A DNA stretch of 64,000 nt from Turneriella sp. (GCA_965279515.1 CBDIID010000003.1:160001-224000); one strand, 5' to 3'. Counted from the stretch's first letter, positions 47,372-58,520 are shown. Notes: a model not told the origin generated them from the letters alone. A program made the numbers and translations.

Positions 47372-50300
47372 GTGATACGGGCTTCTCTGACCCATTTGAC
47401 CGAGTACGAGTACGATCGCCCGGTTTCCCTTTCGCCGCATGTGATTCGCCTGCGCCCGGCGCCGCACACCCGCACGCATATCGAGTCGTATTCGCTGACG
47501 GTGCTGCCTGAGAAACAGTTTATGAACTGGCAGCAAGACCCGTTCGCCAACTGGCAGGCGCGCTTGGTGTTTCCCGAGAAAGCCAGAAAGCTCAGTGTGC
47601 GCGTCGATCTTGTCGCACAGATCAAGGTTTTTAACCCCTTCGATTTTTTCGTCGAAGAATCGGCGTCGCGTTTCCCGTTCGAATACGACGAGGCGCTGAA
47701 GCTCGAGCTTGCACCCTATCTCAAGGCATCTGAAGAATCTCCTGAACTGGCGTCTTTTGTTGCCGCTTTCAGGGCAGAGGGAAAAAACACCGTCGATTTT
47801 CTGGTGGCGATCAACCAGTACGTGAAGAACGCTGTGGGTTATATTATTCGCCTCGAACCCGGTGTGCAAACGGCCGCCGAGACGCTGAACTTAAAATCCG
47901 GCTCATGCCGTGACAGTGCGTATCTGCTCGTGCAACTCGCGCGCCACCTGGGCCTCGCCGCCCGCTTTGTTTCAGGTTATCTGATACAGCTGAAAGCCGA
48001 CGCACCGGGCACGGGGGAGTTCAGAGGCCCCGAAAGCGATTTTACCGACCTGCATGCCTGGGCCGAGCTCTACATACCCGGCGCGGGTTGGGTAGGCCTC
48101 GATGCAACTTCGGGACTCTTTGCCGCCGAAGGGCATATACCGCTCGCAGCGACGCCGGAACCCACGAGCGCGGCGGCGATCTTCGGTTTCACCGAACCCT
48201 GCACTTCAAAACTGAATTTTAAAATGGAAGTCACGCGGCTCTCCGAAACGCCGCGCGTCACGAAACCTTATACAGAAGAGACCTGGGCCGAGATTCTAAA
48301 GCTTGGAGAGAAACTCGATAAGGAACTCGAAAAGTCCGGCATGAAACTTTCGATTGGCGGCGAGCCGACGTTTGTTTCGGCGACAGACCGTGAAAGCCGG
48401 CAATGGAATTTTGACGCGCTGGGCAAAGACAAGTACGATCTCGCGGAGAAATTGCTCGAGCGCCTCTATGGCATCTATTGTAAGGGCGGCATCATTCTGC
48501 GCTCGCAGGGCAAATGGTATCCCGGCGAGCCATTGCCGCGCTGGTCGATCGACGCCTTCTGGCGGCGTGACGGCAAGGCGTTATGGAATGACCTGACACT
48601 GTTGGGATTTTCAGACGATAAAAAGCCGGCCTACCATGGCGTCGCCGACGCCAAACGCTTCATCGAGGTGCTGGTAGAAAAGCTGTCATTGCCGCCCGAG
48701 TGTATCCACACCGCCTATGAAGATCCCGCACATTATGTGCATGCCGAGTCGAAACTGCCTGAAGAATTTACACGCGCCATCGAGGGCAATTCTTTCGAGG
48801 AAATTGAAAGGCGGCGGCTCTTAAAAATTCTCGATCAGGGTTTAGGCGAACCGGCGGGTTATGCATTGCCCTTAACCTTCAACAAGACGAGCAAGGTCTG
48901 GGAAAGCGCACTCATCAATTTCCGCCGCGGCTTTTTGAGCCTGTTGCAAGGTGATTCACCCCTAGGGCTCAGGTTGCCGCTGGCGTCGATCAGCGATGCC
49001 TTTGAGCCCGACTATGAATCGGATCCTTTTGAAAGAAAGCATGGCATCGAGCAGATCAAGGCGAAGGGCAGGGTGCGCAAGAAACCTGTGCGTACCTTTC
49101 TGTGCGTCGAAGCGCGTGCAGGCTACCTGTGTATTTTTTTACCGCCTTTAACAGGCCTCGATGAATTTATTGCCCTCATCAGCGAAGTCGAAGCGGCTGC
49201 GAAAGCGACGGGAGTGATTTTGCATCTCGAGGGTTATCCGCCGCCGAAAGATGAGAAGCTGAATTTTTTCCGCATCACACCCGACCCTGGCGTCATCGAA
49301 GTCAACATGTTCCCCTCGGCGACGATTGCGGAACTCACACGCAAGACGCAGGTCGTCTATGACGAGGCCGAAAAGATTGGCCTGACGACCGACCGCTATA
49401 TGCTCGATGGCCGGCCATCCGCAACGGGTGGCGGTAACCACATTACGGTAGGAGCGCTACATCCCGAAGACAGTCCGTTCCTGAGGCGCCCCGACCTGCT
49501 CGCGTCGCTGATTGCTTATTGGCAAAACCATCCCGCTCTCTCTTATCTCTTCAGCGGTCTTTTTATCGGACCGACCTCGCAGGCGCCGCGCATCGACGAG
49601 GCGCGTGACGGCAACCTCTATGAGGCAGAGATTGCACTCAAGGAATTGCGCCGCGTCACGAAGGATGCCATGCCGTGGCAGATCGACCGCATCTTGCGCA
49701 ACGTGCTCGTCGACATGACGGGGAACACGCACCGCGCAGAGATTTCGATCGATAAGCTGTATGCTCCCGGATCAACGACGGGTCGCCTGGGCCTCGTGGA
49801 GCTCCGCGGTTTTGAGATGCCGCCGCATGCGCGCATGAGCGTCACGCAGCAATACCTCGTCGCGGCGCTCATTCTCATGTTCTGGCGTGAGCCCTACAAG
49901 GCAAGGCTTATGCCGTGGGGAAATGCGCTGAAAGACAAGTGGCTTTTGCCATACTACCTGCAAAAAGATTTCCGCAGTATTCTCGACGACCTGAAAAAAT
50001 CGGGATTTGCTTTTGCCGATTACCATTTTTCGCCGTTTTACGAGTTCCGGTTCCCGCTCTATGGCAGGTATAAATTCGAAAAGATGGAGATCGAGCTGAG
50101 AATGGCGCTCGAACCCTGGAATGTGCTGGGTGAAGAAACCATGTCGGGTAACGTGTCACGCGCGGTCGATAGTTCGGTCGAGCGTGTGCAGCTCATGGCG
50201 AAAAACTTCGACGCCAACCGCTACATTATCGCCTGCAATGGTTATGAGACCGTAATGCAATTTGCGCCCGAAGAAAATGCCTATGTGGGGGGCGTGGTGT

Positions 50301-50584
50301 TCAAGGCCTGGTCGCCGCCATTTACCCTGCACCCGACGATTCCGGTGCATGCGCCGCTACAGTTTGCGATTTACGATAAAGTGAATAAAAAGTATGTCGG
50401 TGGCTGCAGCTACCATGTCGCGCACCCGGGGGGCAGGTCGTATGAAACGTTCCCGGTCAACGCCAACGAGGCCGAAAGCCGCCGTTTGTCGCGTTTTAAT
50501 GAGCAGGCCAAATATCCATCCCACCCGCCGGAGAAGCTCGGGCATGAGTCTTATGTTCATACGCTTGACTTGCGGTTAAGCTAA
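47372..50584 (+). CDS. Transglutaminase + DUF2126 (putative amidoligase) protein
   Basis: GSCRD, DLHAWAE, GGEPTFVS, TPDPGVIEVN, GGGNH. Confidence 0.9.
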   Translation: MIRASLTHLTEYEYDRPVSLSPHVIRLRPAPHTRTHIESYSLTVLPEKQFMNWQQDPFANWQARLVFPEKARKLSVRVDLVAQIKVFNPFDFFVEESASRFPFEYDEALKLELAPYLKASEESPELASFVAAFRAEGKNTVDFLVAINQYVKNAVGYIIRLEPGVQTAAETLNLKSGSCRDSAYLLVQLARHLGLAARFVSGYLIQLKADAPGTGEFRGPESDFTDLHAWAELYIPGAGWVGLDATSGLFAAEGHIPLAATPEPTSAAAIFGFTEPCTSKLNFKMEVTRLSETPRVTKPYTEETWAEILKLGEKLDKELEKSGMKLSIGGEPTFVSATDRESRQWNFDALGKDKYDLAEKLLERLYGIYCKGGIILRSQGKWYPGEPLPRWSIDAFWRRDGKALWNDLTLLGFSDDKKPAYHGVADAKRFIEVLVEKLSLPPECIHTAYEDPAHYVHAESKLPEEFTRAIEGNSFEEIERRRLLKILDQGLGEPAGYALPLTFNKTSKVWESALINFRRGFLSLLQGDSPLGLRLPLASISDAFEPDYESDPFERKHGIEQIKAKGRVRKKPVRTFLCVEARAGYLCIFLPPLTGLDEFIALISEVEAAAKATGVILHLEGYPPPKDEKLNFFRITPDPGVIEVNMFPSATIAELTRKTQVVYDEAEKIGLTTDRYMLDGRPSATGGGNHITVGALHPEDSPFLRRPDLLASLIAYWQNHPALSYLFSGLFIGPTSQAPRIDEARDGNLYEAEIALKELRRVTKDAMPWQIDRILRNVLVDMTGNTHRAEISIDKLYAPGSTTGRLGLVELRGFEMPPHARMSVTQQYLVAALILMFWREPYKARLMPWGNALKDKWLLPYYLQKDFRSILDDLKKSGFAFADYHFSPFYEFRFPLYGRYKFEKMEIELRMALEPWNVLGEETMSGNVSRAVDSSVERVQLMAKNFDANRYIIACNGYETVMQFAPEENAYVGGVVFKAWSPPFTLHPTIPVHAPLQFAIYDKVNKKYVGGCSYHVAHPGGRSYETFPVNANEAESRRLSRFNEQAKYPSHPPEKLGHESYVHTLDLRLS

Positions 50585-50589
50585 CCGGA

Positions 50590-53133
50590 ATGAATACCCC
50601 GACTGTGATGAGCACAGAGCCCAAGAGTATGAGCCCCGTCAGCGGTTATGCGCCGATTCCGGGGGCATTTGACGAGCTACTCGATAGCCGCGGCATGCCG
50701 CGGGAAAAATACAAATTCATCCTCAATTCGTATGAAGAAATCGGTGAGGTCGAACTCACACAAAGGCGCAAGGAACTCACGCGCCTGCTGAAAGAGAACG
50801 GCGTCACCTATAATGTCTATGGCAGCGGCGACGAGAAAAAGCGCCTGTGGTCGCTCGACCTCATGCCGTTTCTCATGGAGAGCGCCGAGTTCAGTGCACT
50901 CGAGCGCGGGCTGATACAGCGCGGCGAATTGCTGAATGCGCTGTTCAAGGACCTCTATGGGCCGCGCCGTCTCTTATTCGATAAGATCGTACCCCCTGAA
51001 GTTGTCTATGCAGCGCAGGGCTATTTGCGTCCGTGTTTTGGCCTCTACCAGCAGCGCGAACGCGAGCTGCTGTTTTTCTCGAGCGATCTGGCGCGGCGCG
51101 CCGACGGTACCTTCGTGGTGATCGGCGACCGCGCACAAGCGCCGTCGGGCACGGGGTATGCGCTGGAGAACCGCATTGTGCTTTCGCGGGTTTTTCCCAG
51201 CCTTTATCGTGACAGCGAAGTGCACCGCGTCGCGATGTTCTTTCGCACGCTGAGAAAATCTCTCATCGCCCAGGTGCGCAACAGCACAAACCGCGAGCCG
51301 CTGGTGGTGCTGCTCACCCCCGGGCCGGGCAATGAAACCTATTTCGAGCACGTCTTTCTCGCCGGCTATCTCGGTTATACCCTCGCGCAGGCGACCGACC
51401 TCACCGTGCGCAACAACCGGGTCTATATCAAAACCGTCGAAGGGCACCAGCAGGTGGATGTCATTCTGCGCAGGACAGACGATATCTTCATGGATCCGCT
51501 CGAGCTTAAGGGCGACTCTCTTCTCGGAATACCGGGTATTCTCGAAGCGATCCGTAACGGCAACGTTGCCGTTGTGAACCCGCTGGGTTCGGCGGTGCTG
51601 GAAAACCGTTCGCTTACGGCCTATTTTCCCCAGCTCTGCAAATTCTATTTCGGCGAGTCGCTGATCTTGCCCGACAGTGAGACCTATTACCTGGGCGACG
51701 AAGAGCACCGCCGCGTTGTGCTCGCCGATCTCAACCGTTTTGTCATCAAACCCGCCGCGCGCAACGTCGTTGGCCAACGCCATCATTATCCGGCGAATAT
51801 GAGTTGGGTCGACCGTGAGGCGTTTCTCATGCGCCTCAGTGCCGCGCCGCAGAACTATATTGCGCAGGAAATCGTACCCGGCTCTTCCATTCCGGTTCTC
51901 AACAGCGACAACCAGATGGTCGCCGGCAAGTGTGTGATACGCACCTTCCAGGTGGCTTCCGATTCAGGTTACCAGGTGATGCCGGGCGGCCTCGCGCGGG
52001 TTTCGACGCGCACCGAGGAACTCATTGTCACGAACCAGAGCGGGGCAGGCAGCAAAGACATCTGGATACTCGCTTCAGAGCCGCAGAAGGATGTCTCTCT
52101 GCTGCGCGAAGTTTCACCCGAATCGCGCATTTCTCGCAAAGCGGCGGGCAGCGTTCCCAGCCGTATTGCCGACAATATCTACTGGATGGCGCGTTATGCC
52201 GAACGCGCCGAGAATCTGTCGCGCCTGTTAAAACACGTCATTGCCAAAGTCACGCAAATCGAGGACTTCTCAAGTCCCGAAGACATTACCAAGCTTCTCA
52301 AGATGGTAACGCATGTCACCGGCGAATATCCGGGCTTTATCGGCGACGATTCGGCCGAACTTATCCAGCACCCCGAAAATGAACTGCGCCGCCTGATCTA
52401 TGACAGTGCGACGAGCGGCAGCGTGCGTTACAACGTGCTGTCGCTGATACGTGCGTCGCAGAATTTGCGCGACAACCTCTCTGACGATATGCGCCGCGTG
52501 ATTTCGCAGCTAGAGGCCGAACCCTATGCCTCGACGGTTTTTTCGGTGCAGCATGCCCATCTCTTTGATGTGGTGATCTATCTCTCTTCGATTGCCGGCC
52601 TTTCGCAGGAAAATATGAGCCGCGAGGTGGGATGGCACTTTTTGGAACTCGGGCGGCGCATCGAACGCGCCGCATTTACCCTGCGCGTGCTGAAATCCTT
52701 CGTTTCGCTGGGTAACATCTACGATAAATTCATTGTCGAAAATCTACTGAGTATCAATGACATACGTATCACGTATACGCGGCGTTATGGCCACCGCATC
52801 GAAACCGACTCCGTACTCGATATTCTGCTCTTCGACGAGACCAACCCGCGCTCGTTGGGCTATCAGCTCGCCAAGATACAGGAATATGTGCCGATCTTGC
52901 CCGCCAAAACAGAAGGTTCACGGCCGGTGACGGAAAAAATTGCCCTGAAGCTCTTCACTGCTTACCGCACGACGGACATCCGCGAGATTTTTGCGCACGA
53001 AAATCCTGCGAGCGAATTAAATCCGTGGCTCAATGAACTCAGCGAATACATCGGCGAACTGGGCCGCACCCTGGCCGACACGTATTTCACCTACGTCGAA
53101 GAACAATACCGCATCGGGGAGATGAACGGATAA
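50590..53133 (+). CDS. Circularly permuted ATP-grasp type 2 + alpha-E fusion
   Basis: QAPSGTGYALENR, MPGGLARV, SKDIW, YAERAE, GRRIER. Confidence 0.9.
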   Translation: MNTPTVMSTEPKSMSPVSGYAPIPGAFDELLDSRGMPREKYKFILNSYEEIGEVELTQRRKELTRLLKENGVTYNVYGSGDEKKRLWSLDLMPFLMESAEFSALERGLIQRGELLNALFKDLYGPRRLLFDKIVPPEVVYAAQGYLRPCFGLYQQRERELLFFSSDLARRADGTFVVIGDRAQAPSGTGYALENRIVLSRVFPSLYRDSEVHRVAMFFRTLRKSLIAQVRNSTNREPLVVLLTPGPGNETYFEHVFLAGYLGYTLAQATDLTVRNNRVYIKTVEGHQQVDVILRRTDDIFMDPLELKGDSLLGIPGILEAIRNGNVAVVNPLGSAVLENRSLTAYFPQLCKFYFGESLILPDSETYYLGDEEHRRVVLADLNRFVIKPAARNVVGQRHHYPANMSWVDREAFLMRLSAAPQNYIAQEIVPGSSIPVLNSDNQMVAGKCVIRTFQVASDSGYQVMPGGLARVSTRTEELIVTNQSGAGSKDIWILASEPQKDVSLLREVSPESRISRKAAGSVPSRIADNIYWMARYAERAENLSRLLKHVIAKVTQIEDFSSPEDITKLLKMVTHVTGEYPGFIGDDSAELIQHPENELRRLIYDSATSGSVRYNVLSLIRASQNLRDNLSDDMRRVISQLEAEPYASTVFSVQHAHLFDVVIYLSSIAGLSQENMSREVGWHFLELGRRIERAAFTLRVLKSFVSLGNIYDKFIVENLLSINDIRITYTRRYGHRIETDSVLDILLFDETNPRSLGYQLAKIQEYVPILPAKTEGSRPVTEKIALKLFTAYRTTDIREIFAHENPASELNPWLNELSEYIGELGRTLADTYFTYVEEQYRIGEMNG

Positions 53134-54012
53134 ATGGCCGAGTACGAAGTTACGCACACGACCCGTTACACCTACAGCGAGCGAGTGAGCCACTGCCATA
53201 ACGTGGGTTATCTGGCGCCACAAAGCGATGCGCACCAGGAATGCCGCGATTCGGGTATCAGTGTCTCGCCATACCCGACCATTCTGCGCCAGCACAACGA
53301 CTATTTCGGCAATAAGTTCTATTATTTTTCCGTCGAAGAGCCGCACGATGAGCTCGAGGTCGTGGGCAAAACCCGCGTCATCACGAAACCCAACCTGTTC
53401 AACGCCTGGGACGATTCACCCGCCTGGGAAAATGTCGCCGCCGCCTTAAGAAATCCCAACAGCGAAGCCGAGATACGCGCGCAGGAATTCACGCTGCCTT
53501 CACCGTTCGTGCCGCGCCCCGAACATTTCGTCGAATTTGCCCGCGAAGTTTTCACGCCGCAAAAGCCGGTGCTGCGCGCCGCACTCGATTTTGCGGTACG
53601 CATCTACAAGGAATTTAAATACGAGCAAAAGGCCACGACGATTCTTACGCCGCTGACCCATGTGTTTGAAAAACGCAAGGGCGTCTGCCAGGATTTTGCC
53701 CATCTCTCGATTGCGGCGCTGCGCTCCATCGGCCTTGCGGCACAATACGTGAGCGGTTACATTGAAACATTTCCGCCGCAGGGAAAAGAAAAACTGCGTG
53801 GCAGCGACGCGAGCCATGCGTGGTTCTCGATCTTTGTGCCCGATATGGGTTGGGTTGATTTTGACCCGACGAATGGCAAGGCGATTACCGAAGAATTTAT
53901 CGTCACAGCGCGTGGCCGTGATTTCGGCGACGTTTCGCCGCTGAAGGGCATCCTGTTTGGTGGCGGCAAGCACGTGCTGAAGGTCGAAGTCGACGTGCAC
54001 CGCGTCGCCTGA
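53134..54012 (+). CDS. Transglutaminase family protein
   Basis: GVCQDFAH, SHAW, FDPTN, GRDFGDV. Confidence 0.92.
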   Translation: MAEYEVTHTTRYTYSERVSHCHNVGYLAPQSDAHQECRDSGISVSPYPTILRQHNDYFGNKFYYFSVEEPHDELEVVGKTRVITKPNLFNAWDDSPAWENVAAALRNPNSEAEIRAQEFTLPSPFVPRPEHFVEFAREVFTPQKPVLRAALDFAVRIYKEFKYEQKATTILTPLTHVFEKRKGVCQDFAHLSIAALRSIGLAAQYVSGYIETFPPQGKEKLRGSDASHAWFSIFVPDMGWVDFDPTNGKAITEEFIVTARGRDFGDVSPLKGILFGGGKHVLKVEVDVHRVA

Positions 54013-54023
54013 AATTTCGAACG

Positions 54024-54683
54024 ATGTTGTGGAAAAGCCTGGGCATCTGCGTTCTTTGTTTGAGTAGCAGTGCTCTTTCAGCCGACTGGCGCGTCTATGG
54101 CGGTATCAACTCCAGCAGTTTAGAGAGTACCTTAAAATATTCAACGGTTTTTTATGATGCGGGTGGCGCCGCCGCCGCGACGGGCTCGGCCTCTGCCGCG
54201 CAAAAGCTGGGCTTTCAGGTCATGACGGGATATGAGTGGCGTCCCTCGTTATACGTGGCTTTTGAACCGCGGGTCGGTTATTACCGGGAAGGGGCGCAGG
54301 CAGATATCTACGCGTCCGGATTTGCGACGAGTGTCATCCACCATATCGACTATCTCACGACTTCGCTCTTTGCGAAATTTTATCTGCTGAGGTTCGACGC
54401 GACGCAGTTTTTTATCGGCATCGCGCCGACGTATTCCTTCGTCGCCTACAAAAAGCTCGAATATAATTTCCGCGGCACAAAAACCGAGTCGAGTGTGCTC
54501 GAACCCCGCCCGTCGATACCCGGTATTGCCCTGTCTCTGGGGCAGATCATCTATGCCGGTAAGAATAAGTTCCTGGTCGATTATGTTTTCCGCCTCGGCT
54601 GGGATGTTTTCCCCAATTCAGCTCCTACAATTTCGGCAGTCAGCCATCAATTCACCCTGGGCTATGCCTTTTCCTTGAACTGA
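54024..54683 (+). CDS. Outer-membrane beta-barrel protein
   Basis: Signal peptide; LGYAF near the C-terminus. Confidence 0.6.
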   Translation: MLWKSLGICVLCLSSSALSADWRVYGGINSSSLESTLKYSTVFYDAGGAAAATGSASAAQKLGFQVMTGYEWRPSLYVAFEPRVGYYREGAQADIYASGFATSVIHHIDYLTTSLFAKFYLLRFDATQFFIGIAPTYSFVAYKKLEYNFRGTKTESSVLEPRPSIPGIALSLGQIIYAGKNKFLVDYVFRLGWDVFPNSAPTISAVSHQFTLGYAFSLN

Positions 54684-54697
54684 GCAATTAAAGCTTT

Positions 54698-54713
54698 TGG
54701 CGCCATTTTTGCT
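54698..54713 (+). promoter_or_regulatory. Sigma54 -24/-12 promoter
   Basis: TGGCGCCATTTTTGCT (GG-N10-GC). Confidence 0.65.
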
Positions 54714-54748
54714 GTAATATTGCAGGGCTGGGCCCGGGGTGGTAATAC

Positions 54749-56176
54749 ATGATGATGCAGCGTTATACGATGGCGCAGGCGTTTGATGAGATGATGACGA
54801 AAGAGGGCGCGATTCGCCCGCAATACCAGAGCCTGGGTGGCAGGCTCGAAACCCTCGGTGTTCCCGAACTGGTAAAACGCAAGACCCGCGCTGAGAAAGC
54901 GCTTTTTTCATCCGGCATCACTTTCACGCTATATGGCGAAGAGGGTTCTGAAGACCGTATTCTGCCCTTTGATATTATTCCGCGTATCGTGCGCGCCGAC
55001 GAATGGGAGAAGCTCGAAGGCGGTCTCGTGCAGCGCACGCTGGCGCTCAACGCTTTTCTCTCAGACATTTACGGCAAACAGCACATCGTCAAAGATAAGA
55101 TTATCGATCTCGAAGTCGTCGAGTCGAGCCCCGGCTATTTGCCGCAATGCGCGGATGTCAAACCGGCAAAAGGTATCTATACCAATATCTCCGGCACTGA
55201 CCTGGTGCGTGGCGAAGACGGCAAGTACATGGTACTCGAGGATAACCTGCGTTGCCCTTCGGGCGTCAGTTATGTGCTCGAAAACCGCGAGGTGATGAAG
55301 CAGATCTTTCCCGAACTGTTCTCTAACCTGCGCATTCGCCCGGTGTCGAATTATCCGTTCCGCCTGCGGCAGGCTTTGGCTTATCTCAGCGAAAAATCCA
55401 ACCCAACGATTGCGCTGCTGACTCCCGGTGTTTTTAATTCGGCGTACTTTGAGCACTCCTATCTCGCGCAGCAAATGGGGATTTCACTCGTTGAAAATAA
55501 GGATTTAGTCGTCGAAAACGACAAGGTCTATATGAAGACGATCCGCGGCCTCAAACAGGTCGACGTCATCTACCGCCGCACCGATGATACGTTCATTGAC
55601 CCGACAGTGTTCCGCAAAGATTCCCTGATGGGCGTTCCCGGCATCTTCAAGGCCTACCGCAAAGGCAATATCGCCATCGCGAATGCGCCGGGCACCGGTG
55701 TTGCCGACGACAAGGTTGTCTATGCCTACGTTCCTGAGATGATACGGTATTATCTCAAGGAAGAACCGATCATCAACAACGTACCGACGTATCTCTGCTT
55801 CCGTGACAAGGACCGCAAGTATGTGCTGGAGAATCTCGACAAGATGGTCGTCAAGGCGGCGAATGGGGCGGGCGGTTATGGTATGCTGATCGGTCCGCAT
55901 GCATCGCAAAAAGAACGCGACGAGTTCCGGGAAAAAATCCTCACTGACCCGCGCGGTTATATCGCGCAGCCGATGATTGCGCTTTCGACCGCACCGACGG
56001 TGATCGATTCAGAAATCGAAGCGCGTCATATCGACCTGAGGCCCTATATTGTGTTCGGTAAAGATTGTTATGTTCTGCCTTCAGGTCTTACCCGCGTGGC
56101 GCTCAAAAAAGGTTCGCTTGTCGTGAACTCGTCGCAAGGCGGAGGAACAAAGGACACATGGGTTTTAGAAAGTTAA
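54749..56176 (+). CDS. Circularly permuted ATP-grasp type 2 protein
   Basis: LEDNLRCPSGVSY, NSAYFEH, VVNSSQGGGTKDTWV. Confidence 0.92.
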   Translation: MMMQRYTMAQAFDEMMTKEGAIRPQYQSLGGRLETLGVPELVKRKTRAEKALFSSGITFTLYGEEGSEDRILPFDIIPRIVRADEWEKLEGGLVQRTLALNAFLSDIYGKQHIVKDKIIDLEVVESSPGYLPQCADVKPAKGIYTNISGTDLVRGEDGKYMVLEDNLRCPSGVSYVLENREVMKQIFPELFSNLRIRPVSNYPFRLRQALAYLSEKSNPTIALLTPGVFNSAYFEHSYLAQQMGISLVENKDLVVENDKVYMKTIRGLKQVDVIYRRTDDTFIDPTVFRKDSLMGVPGIFKAYRKGNIAIANAPGTGVADDKVVYAYVPEMIRYYLKEEPIINNVPTYLCFRDKDRKYVLENLDKMVVKAANGAGGYGMLIGPHASQKERDEFREKILTDPRGYIAQPMIALSTAPTVIDSEIEARHIDLRPYIVFGKDCYVLPSGLTRVALKKGSLVVNSSQGGGTKDTWVLES

Positions 56177-57139
56177 ATGCATATTTTAAGCCGCGTCGCA
56201 GATTCTATATACTGGCTTAACCGCTACGTCGAACGCGTAGAAAACTATGCGCGGCTCATCGAAACCTACCAGCAACTTTCCCTCGAAAATGCCGATGTCA
56301 CAGATCCCCTGTGGCTGGCGCTCGTCGAATCGACGGCCGACACGCAGGGGTTTCAGGAAACGTACGACGAAATCAAACAAGAGCATGTCATCGAGTATTT
56401 AACCTTCAACAGGAAAAATCCCAATTCGATCATTTCATGCCTGTACCTGGCGAAAGAAAATGCGCGGTCGATCCGCGAAAAGATCAGCAAGGATATGTGG
56501 GAGGCCATCAATGAACTTTATAACACGGTTTCGGATCACATCACCAATAACCCCGAAGAACTTTTAAGCCATACGCGCACGAGTGCCTTTTTCCGTGACA
56601 TCCGCCGCAGCTGCCACGCATTTTATGGCATCTCCGACGGCACGCTGAACCACGATGAGACGTATTATTTTGCGCTGCTGGGGCGGGCCATCGAGCGTTC
56701 CGACAAAACAACCAGGATCCTGGATTTACAATCCTACATGCTCACGCAGGAAACCCAGGTCCAGTTTGGCGAAGGCCAGATTTTCCTGGGCCTGGCGCTT
56801 TTGAAAGCCACGAGCGCACATGAAATGTTTAACCAGGCATATTCAAAAATAACAGTTGAGAATATTTTGGAGTTTTTACTGCTGAGTCGCACCTTCCCGC
56901 GCGCAATCATTGCCAGTCTGTTGCAAATTGAGTTCGCATTGCGTTGCCTGGCTGGTGAACAGAAAGGTTTTTTCATTAATGCGGCGCAAAAGAAGGTGCA
57001 GAGGCTGCTGCTCGAGACACGGCACATCGATGTCGGCACGTTGGTGGGTGGCGGTCTCAATGCCTATCTCGACAATCTGCAGGTGCGTCTCAACGAAATC
57101 GGGATTGAAATCACGAATACCTATTTCACCGCGGCGTGA
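56177..57139 (+). CDS. Alpha-E domain protein
   Basis: LSRVADSIYWLNRYVERVEN, GRAIERSD. Confidence 0.9.
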   Translation: MHILSRVADSIYWLNRYVERVENYARLIETYQQLSLENADVTDPLWLALVESTADTQGFQETYDEIKQEHVIEYLTFNRKNPNSIISCLYLAKENARSIREKISKDMWEAINELYNTVSDHITNNPEELLSHTRTSAFFRDIRRSCHAFYGISDGTLNHDETYYFALLGRAIERSDKTTRILDLQSYMLTQETQVQFGEGQIFLGLALLKATSAHEMFNQAYSKITVENILEFLLLSRTFPRAIIASLLQIEFALRCLAGEQKGFFINAAQKKVQRLLLETRHIDVGTLVGGGLNAYLDNLQVRLNEIGIEITNTYFTAA

Positions 57140-57211
57140 TGCCGGTGCTTTCATTGCCTGAATACTCTCTTTATACTTTACAGACTATTCCTGATTTCGA
57201 AGTTTTTTGTA

Positions 57212-58513
57212 GTGCGCGATACAACGGAGGAGATCATCGACCTATCGCGCCTTGACCCGAATCTCTCCGGCAGCCCGTTTCCCTATTTTCAACCGATTAT
57301 TTCGATCGAAGATAAAAAGGTTGTTGGTTACGAAGTGCTGGCGCGCGGTAAAGATGCGCAGGGCAATATTACCTCCCTGGGTTATCTCTTCGAAAAGTAT
57401 GCCGACAGCAAAATTGCCATAGAACTCGATCTTTTTGTGCGTGAACTGGCCTTTAAACAGTACAGCGCATCGAGTATTGCCAGCGGTAAGCGCCTCTTTA
57501 TCAATGTTTTGCCGCGCTGGCTGAACTACACCTACCGCGACGACCTAAGCGATGTCATCGACCCGCTGATGAACCAGCTCGCGCAGTTTGCCATCAGCCC
57601 CGAAAGTATCGTCGTCGAGATTACCGAAGGCGAATATTTGCAGCATCCCGATACCATGACGCGGGCTATCCACGAACTCAAGAATTGCGGCTTTGATATT
57701 GCAATCGATGATTTTGGCGCGGGCTATTCGAACATGAGCCGCATCGGCCAGATGCGCCCTAAATTTATCAAGCTGGATCTCCACCTGATCCGCAAGGGTT
57801 TTTCTGACCTGGTTTATAAAGAAATCCTGAATTCACTGGCATTCCTGTCTGAAAAAATCGGCGCGATACTGCTTGTTGAAGGTATCGAACACGAAGAAGA
57901 AGTCTATGGCGCGCTCGATATCGGCGCGCGTTACCTGCAGGGTTATTTTCTGGGCTTTCCTGAAGCGGCGTTTTCGAATCTCGATGAATTACAGCAGATC
58001 TTGCACGACTATATGCGCGATTTTACGGCGCGTAAGCTCACACACATGCAGAGCCTGATGTATTTTAAGTCCATTACCTCGGACTATTTCGACGCGCACC
58101 TGAAAGAGCTGTTTTTACCCGATCTTTCGACGGCAGAGGCGATGTTCCGGCCGATCGAGCCGCACAGCTTTCCGGCGTTTCTGCGCGATCACCTGCGCCT
58201 GGTCTATTTTATCAATGCACAGGGTGTGCAGATGAGCCCGAACTATAAGCTGATGCGCGACGACGACGGTTTCCGCTGGCAGACCGAAGGCAGCTACATG
58301 CATAAGGATTGGTCGTGGCGGCCGTACTTTCTCGAGTTTATGGCGCGCCGCGAATCAGACGGTACACAGCGCAATTATTCGGAAGTTTACCGCGATATCA
58401 AGTCGAGCGAACCGATTGTAACCCTCGTGCACTCCTATGGCGATGATTGCCTGTTATGCCTCGACTTCTCTGTCGCGCATATCCACAACCCCCTCTGGCA
58501 CCGGAAAATCTGA
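57212..58513 (+). CDS. EAL domain protein with YkuI-like C-terminal domain
   Basis: FQPI, EVLAR, IDDFGAG, EGIE, QGY, WSWRPYF. Confidence 0.88.
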   Translation: MRDTTEEIIDLSRLDPNLSGSPFPYFQPIISIEDKKVVGYEVLARGKDAQGNITSLGYLFEKYADSKIAIELDLFVRELAFKQYSASSIASGKRLFINVLPRWLNYTYRDDLSDVIDPLMNQLAQFAISPESIVVEITEGEYLQHPDTMTRAIHELKNCGFDIAIDDFGAGYSNMSRIGQMRPKFIKLDLHLIRKGFSDLVYKEILNSLAFLSEKIGAILLVEGIEHEEEVYGALDIGARYLQGYFLGFPEAAFSNLDELQQILHDYMRDFTARKLTHMQSLMYFKSITSDYFDAHLKELFLPDLSTAEAMFRPIEPHSFPAFLRDHLRLVYFINAQGVQMSPNYKLMRDDDGFRWQTEGSYMHKDWSWRPYFLEFMARRESDGTQRNYSEVYRDIKSSEPIVTLVHSYGDDCLLCLDFSVAHIHNPLWHRKI

Positions 58514-58520
58514 TTTTTTA

